From assembly GCF_006345805.1 (NCBI RefSeq), contig NC_043018.1, forward strand, positions 26,226,001 to 26,290,000: a stretch of DNA of 64,000 nucleotides, in the 5' to 3' direction. The notes below the pieces were generated by a model. The model worked only from the letters and a program-made list of their open reading frames with translations. It was not told the DNA's origin and made no database searches. Every line of letters starts with the position of its first letter. Position 1 is the stretch's first letter. Below are positions 1 through 13,776 of this stretch, one piece after another. The DNA comes from Octopus sinensis. Lineage: Eukaryota. A program made the translations under genes and the position numbers.

Positions 1-120
1 TTATATATGTGGTTGTGTGTGTGTTGTATATGTGTGTGTGTGTGTGTGTATTGGGTGTGTGTGTATATGTGTGGTGGTGTGGTTGTATATGTGTGTGTGT
101 GTGTATATGTGGGTGTGGTG

Positions 121-174
<54 letters not shown>

Positions 175-370
175 ATATGTGTGTGTGTGGTGGTGTTGTA
201 TGTGTGTGTGTGTGTATGTGTATGTGTTGTGTGTGTATGTGTGTTGTGTGGTATGTGTGTGTGTGTGTGTTATATGTGTGTGTGTGTGTGTGTATATATG
301 TGTGTGTGTGTGTGTGTATATATGTGTGTGTGTGTGTGTACACTTGTGTACATTATATACACCTATATAA

Positions 371-407
<37 letters not shown>

Positions 408-800
408 TACATTTATATATTTATATAGACATATACATATGCATATATTTATATATACACAATCTCTCACACACACACACATATATATAGATATACATTT
501 ATATATTTATATAGACATACATACATATATTTATATAGACATATACATATGCATATATTTATATATATACAATCACCACACATATATATAGATATACATT
601 TACATATTTATATAGACATACATACATATATTTATATAGACATATACATATGCATATATTTATATATATACAATCACACACACATATATATAGATATACA
701 TTTACATATTTATATAGACATACATACATATATTTTTATAGGCATATACATATGCATATATTTATATATACACAATCACACACACACACACATGTATACT
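1..800. repeat. Mixed (GT)n/(CA)n/(AT)n microsatellite; 390-790 is about four diverged ~100-bp tandem units
   Basis: Direct inspection: unit start atatatatagatatacattt recurs near 390, 481, 582 and 684. Confidence 0.9.
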
Positions 801-1097
801 AGAATTAATGAACTAACAAGAGAGATGTAATATGTCACCATGATTTCTGGTGGAGGCTGTTTTGTAATTGTAGGTTGAACTATCAAAATAGACAATTGCA
901 TTAACGAGTTGCTAGAAATAGCAGCCCAAATCTCCCACCCTCAGGTCATATCCTCGCATGTTTAAAATGAAAGAAAGAATGCAATGAATAATGTAGTCGT
1001 ATTTATGCTATATCTGAGAAAAAGATGGGATGGTCATGGTTGGCATGTTAGTGATCATAGAACTTCTCAGTCATGGTTCATCTGGGAGTTAAACAAA

Positions 1098-1420
1098 TGT
1101 GGTTGTGAAGGTGGTTAGAGCATCGGGCTCACAATCATAAGGTAGTGAGTTCAATTCTTGGACCAGGTTGTGTATTGTGTTCTTGAGCAAGACACTCTAT
1201 TTCATGTTGCTCCAGTTCACTCAGCTGTAGAAATGAGTTGCGACGTCACTGGTGCCAAGCTGTATTGGCCATTGCCTTTCCCTTCGATAACATCAGTGGC
1301 ATGGAGAGGTGAGGCTGCTATGCATGGACAACCTTGCCTGGACTTGTGCCTTGGAGGGTAACTTTCTAGGTGCAATCCCATGGCCATTCATGACTGAAGT
1401 GGATCTTTATTCTTTACATA
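1098..1420 (+). mobile_element. tRNA-derived SINE (family with ttgagcaagacact central domain)
   Basis: A/B-box-like head (gtggttagagc ... gagttcaattc) and body; reverse-complement copy at 34690-35075. Confidence 0.8.
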
Positions 1421-1604
1421 CGTGGCTGGCTAGCTAGCTTCGGCAGAGTTTCCATGTATCCCTCTATTAGATTCTATTTTTATTATAGAAGCCTGTGTGA
1501 AGTATATTAGAAAATACCTGTCCAAGTTGCCATACAATGGGATTGAACCCAGAAACACAGAGTTGCACACACACTTCTTAACCATATGGCTATGCTTGTA
1601 CCTA

Positions 1605-1666
<62 letters not shown>

Positions 1667-2572
1667 CCAAATATAGTATTATATATCCTTCATGGCTGGT
1701 CTTACCAATTGGTTTTGCACAACAATGGAGTGTTGGGTAACAATCCAATTATATAACTTTACACTCATCAGAGTTAGCCAATATAGAAGGGAATATGGCG
1801 ACTGCTCTCTCTTGTCAGAGGTGGATTAACACAACCAGTCAGCATCTGCCATGAAAATGGGTGGTAAAACAAAAAAGGACCAAGGGATTAGGTTAGGATT
1901 ATATATATCTTTACATACACACACACACTTAGACTTGTTATAAATTCAAAATATGGTTTGAGTTTAGAATTTTAGAAATAGCTGGTTTTAAATTAACTTT
2001 TACAGAGAATCTTTTTTTTACTTAAGTTTAAACAATGCAATTTGTAGATTGTTCCTGTATTGTCTAATTTCTCTTTTGTCATCACTCTCTTTGGTATAAT
2101 GACAAATTTTCCACCAAGTTCACTTAAAATTAAGAAAAATGTTTTGAGATTAAATTGAATTATCTTAAATATCCTTCTATAATTTTTTAATTTTATTTAT
2201 ATTTTTTGCTTTTGCTTTGTGTGTATTTTCATTCTGTGTTGCATGCAGATTTTGTTTTATATTTTTTCATTTATATGCATTTTTGTAAAAAAAACTTCAA
2301 TCCAATCTTATCATTTTTATTTCAATATATATCTATGTATGTATAATGTATATATGTATGTGTATATAATTTCATGGTTATTTTTATTTACTTAATTTTT
2401 TAAACTGTTATCATGGGATTTCTTTAAAGAGTTTGAAAATATTTCTGCAATGTCAAAGCTTTTACTCATTAAAAAAGATTTGAAAAAAAATGAAATAAAA
2501 TAAATAGAAAAGATTATTGATTAAATTTGAAAAATAGCCAATATTACCAAAATTTGTTTTCTTTTTCCCTAG

Positions 2573-2587
2573 CCAGAAATTGGGAAG
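2573..2587 (+). CDS. unc-13: unc-13 15-nt microexon copy A, (A)RNWE(x), phase 1-1
   Basis: ttttctttttccctag|CCAGAAATTGGGAAG|gtattt. Paralogue at 13123 differs only at two synonymous positions; in frame with downstream exons. Confidence 0.7.
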
Positions 2588-3535
2588 GTATTTATTATTT
2601 TGTTCTTTATAAATATCTTGTTGTATTTTATGATGTACTTGCACATTGGTATGGGACTCGGTACCAATCAATGGATAGCTTGGGCTAACTTGTTGAAACG
2701 TCTGGTTGATATTAAAAAAAAATAATAATAAAAGAAAAAAAATTGGTAGCCTTTGATAGTATCAGCTTTTAAATTGTTTGTAGAACAAGAATTGAAATTT
2801 GCTTTTTAGATGTACAAAGTAGTCAGTTTACTTATGTAAGCAGAACAATTGAGAAACAGAGAAATCAATAGGATCATTTCTATTAATGTTACCAGTAACA
2901 TATTTTAATTAAACATGTTGCCTTGTTGCCTTATATGGCACTGCTTGGCCATTTGCATGTTTATATGGCAGCACTCGGCCACTCAATTTCACGAGCAGGT
3001 CATTCCATTGATCGCACCAACTGGAACGCTTGTCAAGTAACCGGTCAAGTGCCAGGCCATGGAGTGTACATTTTTTAAACTATCAACAAGAAGTTTAAAT
3101 TTCTCCATAGTCAGTGTATAATCACCTGCCCTCGTCAATCTGGCAAATAATGTTCTTCTTTTACAATTGACTTCATGGAAGGGCAATTTGTTGTGATATG
3201 ATTTGGAAATGTTACCGTTGCAGAAGCATGTAACTTTAATAACGCGAACAAACGACTATTTAATTGTTTGAAATTGACACAAGTGATTTCTATTCTCTTT
3301 TGTGTATTCAGTTTCAGATGACAATCCATTTGCAATTATTTTCTTTTCCATTTCATTTTTCTGCTGTCATGATCGAAAATAACTGTGACATATATATTAC
3401 AGATGTGTCAGTACAAAGACATGATGCAATGTTGATGTGTTACAACTAAGCAGAAAAACACATATTTTTCTTGTCTATGTATTTATCTGTATAAGTACAT
3501 ATACCTATACATATATGCGTGTGTGTGTGTGGTAT

Positions 3536-3598
<63 letters not shown>

Positions 3599-3803
3599 TA
3601 TATCATCATCATCATCATCGTTTAACGTCTGTTCTCCATGCTAGCATGGGTTGGACGGTTCGACCGGGGATCTGGGAAGCCAGAAGACAGTACCAGGCTC
3701 CGGTCTTATCTGGCAAAGTTTCTACAGCTGGATGCCCTTCCTAACGCCATATATATGTATGTTTATGTATATATCTATATATATATGTTGTTTATGTATA
3801 TAT

Positions 3804-3861
<58 letters not shown>

Positions 3862-4012
3862 GCATGTATATGCATATATTATATATAGTATGTATATGTA
3901 TATATTATATATAATATGTATGTATATGGCAGTGCCCCAGCATGGCCACAGCTCGTCGTGAGTTGAACTAGAATCAATCATATGTATCTATACATATGTG
4001 TGTGTGTGTGAG

Positions 4013-4054
<42 letters not shown>

Positions 4055-5765
4055 TATATACACACATATTCATATCATACCAGAATGAAATTTTTTTGTT
4101 AAGCTTTCAAAAACAAAATCTGAGAGTTCCATTGCTGGGTTTTGTTAAATTTGAAGATTTTGTTGATCTTAATCATGCATTTAAAATCTTTAGTACATTA
4201 TCATTAACAAAAAAATGCAATTAAAAAAAAAAACCATTAAAAAAGAAACAAAAAACTGAAACCTCTTTTCTCCTTTTCTCAATTCACCTTAGCCATTAGA
4301 GTTGTATATTGTCCAGAAATTAGAATTGTTTTAGAACAATTTAGTGTTCGTTAGAAGAAAACTGAGCTGATCCTATGAAGGAATATGTATTAATTATCAT
4401 ATGCTATTATTGTGCTTTGTTTATAGTTGGAGTAATGGTTGGTTAATAATTTGTAGCATGGCTTTATCTTTGCAGTGGGTTTGTTGATATGTTTGACAAT
4501 GGTATCGTGTTTCAAAAGCTATAAGCACTATTAAAGCAATATTAGCATAAAATAATATTGCTTGAGTAATAAACAAGTACACTTGTTTAATGGCTATATC
4601 AATTCTGATCAATTTTTATGATATATTGATTGAAAAACAATCTGTTTAGTGAGCAACATGTATTTTTGTCAATAACTTGGCAGCAACGTTGAAAAATTGG
4701 CTGTTGCATAATAATGTGCCTTTAATTTCTGATGTTATTTACAAATTACTGATATTTTCAAACCAGTGAAATTAGTTTTCATATTATTAAAACATACCTT
4801 TTGAAACACTTCTTGTGACAAATACTATGTATATAAAATTATGGAAAAAATGTTAAAAATGTCACCCTTTAAAAATCTCTTTATATTATTAACAACTTCC
4901 AAAATAATATTTCTTTCTTTTTTTTCCTTTTTTTTGTCTTTTGTCTGATATTAAACAGGATAATCTTAAGAAAACACTAGCTATGATTTATAAAGTATAT
5001 TTGGAAAATGAGATTTAGCAAAGTTATGCAAATACTACAGATTCTTAAGAAAACAAAATTTAAATATCTTAAGGCCTGCAGGAATGATTTTTCTTTCTTT
5101 CATTCTTTGTGTGTGTTTTACATCAAATTCTCTATTGAAATGTAAAAGAAAGCATTTTTATTTTGTCCTTGTTTTGGTTGTTTTTATTTCTTTTTTTGAA
5201 GAAAACCAAAACAATTTCAATGTGACTTGGCTTTTCTCCGTATATCGTTTTTATATCAAGTAAAATAGTCAATTGGAACAACTATAGATTATATGAAGAA
5301 AATGAATGAATGAACAGATAAAAAAAAACTGCAATGCAAGCAAATTATGTTTTATTACTTTTTTTATGTATATCATGTGATATATTTCAATACATTTAAA
5401 GTATAAAATCTTGTAATAAAATATGAAATATTTCCTCTGTTTTTTTTTTGCTTCGTATAATTAGTACAAAATAGTAAGAGTGTTGAGGGTTATTGCCTGT
5501 AATAACGTTGTATAACCAACAATATTCTCCAAAGAGCATTCAATAAGAAGCTCTCATTGATTTCAACCAGTTGAAAGCAACTGATAAATATGTAAATATG
5601 TAATAGGTTAAGCTATGATGCAACTCTGTGTCTGCAGAGGAGCCGTAAGTGAAGTGCTGTTGAATGATAGCATCATCATCGTAAACATATTTGCAAACTC
5701 CAGTTGCTTTTCCTGTTGCTACACTTAAAGGCTAATCAAAGGGAAAAGCCATTATCAGTTAATTT

Positions 5766-5839
<74 letters not shown>

Positions 5840-6732
5840 ACAGATATATATGTGTATGTATGTGTATATATATATGTGTGTATGTGTGCATATGTATGTG
5901 TGTGTGTATATATATATATATATAAACTTAGATGAACTTAGATATATTTCGACCAAAGATTGGTTCAGGCCATGTCTAGCTTTATATATATTGAGTATTG
6001 GAAACTTATGAACCCCCAAGAGAATGTCCAATATGGTTGGAATCATGTTAGAAGAGAAGGATTTCTAGTATCTTGGTTTTAGTATCTTGGTTGCTATCTG
6101 CAGCAGACATTATTAGAAGCCTCACAAGGAACTGACAGCACTGCACATATTCCTGCTAACTAATTTGGTCACATTAAATGGCTATCTGTCATAATAGTTA
6201 ATGGTCCTTTTTGCATTAATTCATTTTATAGGTATGCTCAGAAGAATATTTAATTATTTCGCATGGAAAGCCTTTCACAAGTTTTATATTAGACCGATTT
6301 TCTATAAAGATTTATGTGTGTTTGTTAAGTTATCCTGATGTAATCATTTTAGTTTCCCATTTTGGTTATTGTTACAATTTCTTCAGTTTTTTTTTTACTT
6401 CGCAATTGCAGGCAACATTTCTGTTTTGTTTTGTTTAATATTTTTCCATTTAATAATCAGGATTAAAAATCATATTTTTAGGTAAATTACTCCACTACTT
6501 AAAGTATAAAGGGTGAACATTTATATATTAAAATAATGATTCTCACAGCAGTAGTTTTGTTTCCTGTGGTGAATTTTAAAATGTAAGAAGCATTACTGGG
6601 CTTGTGTGAGTCAATATTTTAATTAAAATATGTATTTCTGTATTATGAAATGAAGGCAATATTTCTGTTTTGTTAATTGAAAAGCTTGTTTACATATTAC
6701 AGTTCTATATTTATGAGATGAGGAATTATATG

Positions 6733-7165
6733 CATTATTTACATTTGACGGATATTTGTCCTCATCTTGTGTGTTGTTAGCTCAACGTTTTGGTTGATAT
6801 ACCCTCCAACCTTCATCAGGTGTCCTGGGTTCTCATTCCTAAAGTATTTTTCAATGTTATTAATAATATTATTATTATCTTATGCCACATGGCATATACT
6901 ATGCCATATGCCCATGGACATATGATATAGTGGTGAAGAATGCGGGCTACTAAACCCAAAATTCCGAGTTCAATTCCAAGCAGTGACTTGAATAAAATAA
7001 TAATAATAATAATAATAATAACAACATTGAAAAATACCTTAGGAATGAGAACCCAGGTTTGAAATTTCCGCAAGACACCTGAAGAAGGCTGGAGGGTATA
7101 TCAGCCAAAACATTGTGTTAACAACAAACAAGATGAGGACAAATATCCGTCAAATGTAAATAATG
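6733..7165. mobile_element. Inverted-repeat element with Penelope-like ends and a tRNA-like spacer
   Basis: Arms 6733-~6878 and ~7000-7165 are reverse complements. The ctgaagaaggctggagggtatatcagccaaaac motif resembles Penelope-like element termini. Confidence 0.6.
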
Positions 7166-7489
7166 TAAATAATGTTTACATATTTCAGTTTTCTCGTTTG
7201 AATTTAACTCTTTTGTTTTGTCAATTGAAATCAACAATTCTGTATTTCACTTTTGTCAAATTGCAACAATGTAGAATGAAGTGCCTTGCTCAAGGACACA
7301 AAGTACTACCCTATCCTGCCCTGCCATGCCCTGCCCTCCCCCTGCTCTGTCTTGCTCCACTCTGCTCAGAAATCAAACCCATGACATTATATGATCAATA
7401 GGGTGTTAGAAGAAAGTGTTGAAGGAAGGAGAGCTGAGATTAGAGGGTGATAGAGGAGAGAGCAGTGTAAGTGATATGCATACACATGC

Positions 7490-8235
<746 letters not shown>

Positions 8236-9810
8236 ACAAATAGACTTATGATGGCATATATCATGTATATTGTTCTCTTTTGCAACATAATGACAGCCAT
8301 AATCTCGTGATATATTGTTGAATTAAATTTATTGCTTCATCGGTTGTCCTACTTTGCGTAATATTTATGGCTGTTGTAGTTGTTGCTTAACCCCGGGTCG
8401 TCTCTGATCAAGCAGTCCGACGATGAAAACCCCATCCAATCATTAACATTCGATCCTATTTTGGGGTTATCTAGGATCACATTTTCTGATATTACTCCAC
8501 CCCCTTTTTTTTTGTTTGTTTGTTTGTTTTTAAAAGTATAAGTATAAGTATGATGAAAGATATTTAGTTTAGCTGCTATCTCTAGCGTATTGAACGACCG
8601 TATAGAAAAACCTACCCTCGCTCACTGATATATTTATGATTGTTCTGTCAGGCAATAAACACAAGCAAAGAAAAAATTAACAAAAGCAAAGATCACATTA
8701 ATTCCTTATCGATAAACAAATGTATATCCCGTCCAATACAATGCAATGTGTGGTTTGTTTTATAATGTAAAGTCCATCATAAATCCTGAATAATTTCTAA
8801 GTTCATTTGTTCCTTCGTTTTTTTTCATTTAACGCCCATTTTTCCATGTTAGCTTAACTTGAATAGGAATTGATTTCTCTGATTCAGAGCCATGCTTTTA
8901 CAGTGTGGTGCTCTCCCTGTTGCAAACCCTCACCTGTTTTTCAGATGAAGGGTTTTTATATTTCACTGGTGGGCTTTTCCAAGAGCATAGAGCTGGTCAG
9001 TGATAATAAAAACAGAAAAATCTAAACCTCCAAAGCAGTCGATCCGCAGGTCTATAAGAACAACAGATCTACTGCCTTGCAGTATTTGTCCTGGATCTTT
9101 GCATTCTGAGTTCAAATCCTACCTAGGTTATCTTCACGTTTTATTCCTTTGGGCTCAGTAAGAAAGTTCCAATCTAGAACTGTGGATTAGCAGAACTGTA
9201 AGAAAATCAAATTGGATGTCTTGAATGTATTTGTTCCAGTTCTTTACACTCTGAGTTCAAATCCTACCATGGACCACTTTAGTAGTTCACTTAATCTCAT
9301 GTCAGATTTAACACCACCAATCAGGCAGCTGGGGTACCAGTAGCGGACCCTGCTCTGTTGCAGTTATCCAGGCCAAGCTTCCAGATTGAGGATACTTTCC
9401 TCTTTCCTTCCCACTAACCCCTGAGGCCCTGTAATGAGTTATGGGTTCTGCCTTCCTTCCTGACTACTAACAAGGAATGTCAGCATTACCTTTACTTTGC
9501 TTATTCACACACCCTCTCATACATGCATATGATGGCTGCAACACAATTTTGAGCAATGCCAGTGCTTGACTGTTCTCTTGAACAGGAGCAGTAAGGATTG
9601 GCTTTTCAATCCTGCTAGAGACCTACACTTGTTCACACAGATGTGAAAGTGATGGGCACCTCTTGCAGCTGGTGTTCAGAGAACTCGACACCTTCATTGA
9701 CACGTGTCTTCATTCTGTCATGGAATGTTTTACTGAATATTGGGCATTTTTTTTGTTTATGGTCAACCATAATTTGCAACACATAAGGAAGATGATAAAA
9801 TTCAAACAAT

Positions 9811-10095
9811 ACTTGCACTGGCACCATGTAAAGAGTACCCTTACTGCTACTATGTAAAAGGCACCCATACCATGCCAGTACTATGTAAAAGCACTTGTGT
9901 TAGTGCCGTGTAAAATGCATCAGTGCTGGTTCCACATTAAAGCACCCAATGTACTCTGTAAAGTGGTTGGCGTTAGGAAGAGCCCCCCCAGTCATAGAAA
10001 CTATACCAAAACAGATGACTGGTGCTTGGTGCAGCCCTGTGGGTTGCCTGCTCCTGTCAAACTGTCCAGCCCATGCTAACATGATAATGATGATG
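9811..10095 (+). mobile_element. Retroposon family B (ggttggcgttaggaag...(GAT)n tail), diverged copy flanked by ~155-bp direct repeats
   Basis: Shares tail motifs with copies at 16160-16335 and 21220-21340; flanks 9651-9810 and 10103-10253 are homologous. Confidence 0.7.
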
Positions 10096-10959
10096 TGGCA
10101 GCGATGGGCACCTCTTGCAGCAGGTGTTCAGAGAACTAAACACTCACACTGACACATGCCTTCATTCTGTCATGGAATGTTTTACTGCATTTTATTTTAG
10201 TTTTTTGTCCATTGTATGCTAGCATAAAATGGAGATGATAAAAATCAAACGATTTTTGTGCCTGAAGCTTTTTTAAAGTTAGGAAAGGCCTTGCACTGGG
10301 ATTATTCCACTCGTTAATGTAAACCCAAGAAAGAAAAACTAGTCTGTGTCACTGGATGTGAACAAAGTCACAGGTGTTAAGAGAAGAGTTTTCCTTCTCC
10401 AACAAAGATGTCTAAACAAAGACCAGGCGACCCTCACTCCCAGCTGTTGGATGATGATTGATTCTAGAAATGACATCTGCCGTTTTGATAGGTTGCATTA
10501 CACATTCTCCAAGATGTCTAATGAAAACCACCCTCCTTATCTAGCAAGCGGATGGCCCAACCATGCAACAGGTTGTTCTCGGTTACACGTTACCAGCACA
10601 TACACACATACACACACACACACACATACGTATACATCTATGTATCTATGTATCCCTCTGCCTCGGTTTATCTATTAATCAACTTATCTGTCACCCTATT
10701 TGATCTCATTCTATCTGTTGATCTATCTGTCTATCTAGATGAATCTATCTCTCTGGTAATCTACCTACCCTCTCTCTCTCTCTCCTCCCTCTCTCCCTCC
10801 CTCTCTCCCTCCCTCTCCCCTCCCTCTCTCCCTCCCCTCTCTCTCTCTCCACACACACATATATACTTACATATACATCTATCTGTGTATTTGTGTATCT
10901 CTCTGTCTCTCTGTTTACCTCTCTAGATGAATCAAGCTGTCTGGCACTCTACATTTTTA

Positions 10960-12255
10960 CATTCCCCTTCTCTCTTTCCTCTCCCTCCCTCTCTCTCCTC
11001 TCCCCCTCTCCCATCTACACCCTCTCTCTCTCCTCTCCCCTCCATGCCCTCTCCTCTCCATGCCCTCTCTCCCCTCTGTCTCTCTCTTCCCTCCCCTCTC
11101 TCCCCTTTCCTATACCCCACTCACCTTCTCTCACTTCTCCTCTTCTCTCCCTTCTCCCCTTCTTCCCCTCTCCCTTCTCCCATCCTTCCTCTCTCCTCTT
11201 GCCATCTTTCCTCTCTCTCCCGTCTCTCCTGTCTCCCGTCTCTCCTGTCTCCCTCTCCCATCTCTCCTGCCTCCCTCTCTCCCGTCTCTCCTTCTCCCTC
11301 TCTCCCGTCTCCCTCTCCCGTCTCTCCTGTCTCCCTCTCTCCCATCTCTCCTGTCTCCCTTCCCTCTCCTGTCTCCCTCTCCCTCTCTCCCGTCTCTCCT
11401 GTCTCCCTCTCTCCCATCTCTCCTGTCTCCCCCTCCCGTCTCTCCTGTCTCCCTCTCCCGTCTCTCCTGTCTCCCTCTCTCCCATCTCTCCTGTCTCCCT
11501 CTCTCCCATCTCTCCTGCCTCCCTCTCTCCCGTCTCTCTTTCTCCCTCTCTCCCGTCTCCCTCTCCCGTCTCTCCTGTCTCCCTCTCTCCCATCTCTCCT
11601 GTCTCCCGTCTCTCCTGTCTCCCTCTCCCTCTCTCCCGTCTCTCCTGTCTCCCTCTCTCCCATCTCTCCTGTCTCCCCCTCCCGTCTCTCCTGTCTCCCT
11701 CCTCCCCCTCCCTGTCTCTCCTGTCTCCCTCTCCCGTCTCTCCTGTCTCCCTCTCTCCCATCTCTCCTGTCTCCCTCTCTCCCATCTCTCCTGTCTCCCC
11801 CTCCCGTCTCTCCTGTCTCCCTCTCTCTCTCCCTCTCTCCTGTCTCCATCTCTCCTGTCTCCCTCTCTCCTGTCTCCCTCTCTCCTCTCTCCTGTCCCTG
11901 TCTCCCATCTCTCCTGTCTCCCTGTCTCCCGTCTCTCCTGTCTCCCTCTCCCTCTCTCCCGTCTCTCCTGTCTCCCTCTCTCCATCTCTCTCCTGTCTCC
12001 CTCTCTCCCATCTCTCCTGTCTCCCCCTCCCGTCTCTCCTGTCTCCCTCTCCCGTCTCTCCTGTCTCCCTCTCTCCCATCTCTCCTGTCTCCCTCTCTCC
12101 CATATCTCCTGTCTCCCCCCCCTCCCCCGTCTCCCTGTCTCCTCTCCCCATCTCTCCTGTCTCCCATCTCTCCTGTCTCCCTCTCTCCCATCTTCCCTGT
12201 CTCCCTCTCTCCTTTCCCCCTCTCTCACCCCTCCACTCATCTCCCCTCTCTCAAG
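10960..12255 (+). repeat. Pyrimidine-rich satellite, ~24-nt unit tctcctgtctccctctctcccatc
   Basis: The + strand is almost entirely C/T with isolated G/A; recurrent 20-30 nt units. Confidence 0.95.
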
Positions 12256-13122
12256 TTTGATTTAATTTTTTTCTTTCTTTCTTTCTTTCATCCTATTTCT
12301 GTGTAAACCCCTCGCCTCACCCCCCCCCCACTTCTTCATATCTCTCTCTTCCTAATGTTCATCCTCCCACTCCCAGCCACCTCCCTTGTGGCACTAAAAA
12401 GACAAGATCGTTATTGTTATTGCTGTTGTTATAGTTGTTGTTGTTGTTGTCATCATTGTCAGGGCCACTCGTATGATGTTTGCTTAAGATTTTGTTCCTT
12501 GATAAAAACCTAGAGCCATTTACTGTGCCGAGAATCAGAATTGTTGAATTGCAGGAAAAAAAATTTTGTTTTTATTTTTTAATTTTCTTTTCATTTTACT
12601 TTTTACCCCCCCCCCCCCCCACGATTCTTTCTTTATCTGCAGAAGACATTAAAACCGAAAAAATAAAACAACAAAAAAAAAATAAGAAAGAAAAACAGAG
12701 AAAAAGAACTGCCACAAATAATAAAAAAAAAATATATCGATTACTTTTCTTACTATTTGTTGGTCTATGAAATATTGTTACTAAATTTATAACTTTAATA
12801 TATCTCTGTAATTTATGAAGAAAAAGTCAATTGTTTTTCCCCGTTTTTTTTTTTTATTGCATTTTTTTTTTTTTTCCTGTTTTCTAAGCTTTGTCCTTCC
12901 TCTGTGTCTTTTATCTTTTTTTTTCGTTTTCCTACATTGCCTTTGATTACAATAATTGGCTTAATCCGCCCACCCACACCCTGATCTCTCATTCTTTTTT
13001 TTGTTTTTTCACATTCTCACCAATAACAATTATTTCCTATTTAAATTTCAAAACGTCTCCTTCAATTACTATTATGACTGTGATTTTTTCTTTTTTTCTT
13101 TTCTTTTTCTTTTCATCCTCAG

Positions 13123-13137
13123 CCAGGAACTGGGAAG
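13123..13137 (+). CDS. unc-13: unc-13 15-nt microexon copy B, (A)RNWE(G), phase 1-1
   Basis: Long T/C tract ...cttttcatcctcag|CCAGGAACTGGGAAG|gtattt; AGG/AAC here versus AGA/AAT in copy A. Confidence 0.7.
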
Positions 13138-13304
13138 GTATTTATAATTTATTTATATTCTACGACATTAATTTTGTTAATTAAATAATTAATGTTTTAT
13201 AATTTTTTTTTTTTATAAATGCATTTTTATTATACTATAACTTTCTGGATATAGTCTATGTTTTATTACTATTATTATTATTATTATCATTATTATTATT
13301 ATTA

Positions 13305-13740
13305 TTGAGTGAGAGAGCAGTGAATGTCATCAAAATGACATTGGGGTAAGATATACGAAGCCCAATATACCCATCATGACTACCCGTCTGATAAAGGTAC
13401 ACCAGGCACATGCATCACAACCATATGTGCGCGACATGGTGATCTCATATCAAGATAAACAGCACATGACCTTGCAGGTGGGGCCCATTTAGAATTTTCT
13501 TCTGGTCGAGTAGCCCATCCTGCTCAAAAGGTCCCTGAATAAGGATTGTTTAAGGATGTTGAACGAAACACCCATGTTTCCAAGGGTGAATTATCCAAAC
13601 CTCTAAGAATTCCTTTCAACACACAGCTATGATGCTCCCCCACTACTTCTGCTCATGATCAGAGATGCACATATCGTCAGCCACTAAGGGACATGTTCAA
13701 CTGTTTACGGTCAAACAACTGACAAGCAAATCTAACAAAT
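13305..13740. mobile_element. Interspersed repeat (family also present inverted at 38683-38799 + 39030-39085)
   Basis: gagtgagagagcag...aaaggtacaccaggcacatgcatcacaacc matches the reverse complement at 38690-39075. Confidence 0.75.
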
Positions 13741-13743
13741 AAA

Positions 13744-13776
<33 letters not shown>

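Noticed and set aside
1-830. Long ORFs (up to 241 aa) here and at 7387-8310, 39489-40023, 47583-48204, 50253-51170, 55090-55579 and 58032-58586
   Set aside because: They are translations of (AT)n/(GT)n/(CA)n repeats, which lack stop codons; no splice or homology support.
3403-3410. 8-nt candidate ATGTGTCA that would compensate the 7-nt candidate's frameshift
   Set aside because: Weak pyrimidine tract and a poor donor (gtacaa); indistinguishable from chance.
4959-5018. Strong acceptor (ttaaacag|GATAAT...)
   Set aside because: In the required phase 1 it gives an immediate TAA, and there is no good donor.
10893-12306. 350-460 aa ORFs on both strands (S/P/L-rich; G/E/R-rich, superficially collagen- or mucin-like)
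   Set aside because: Open in nearly all frames because the C/T satellite cannot form stops; artefact of composition.
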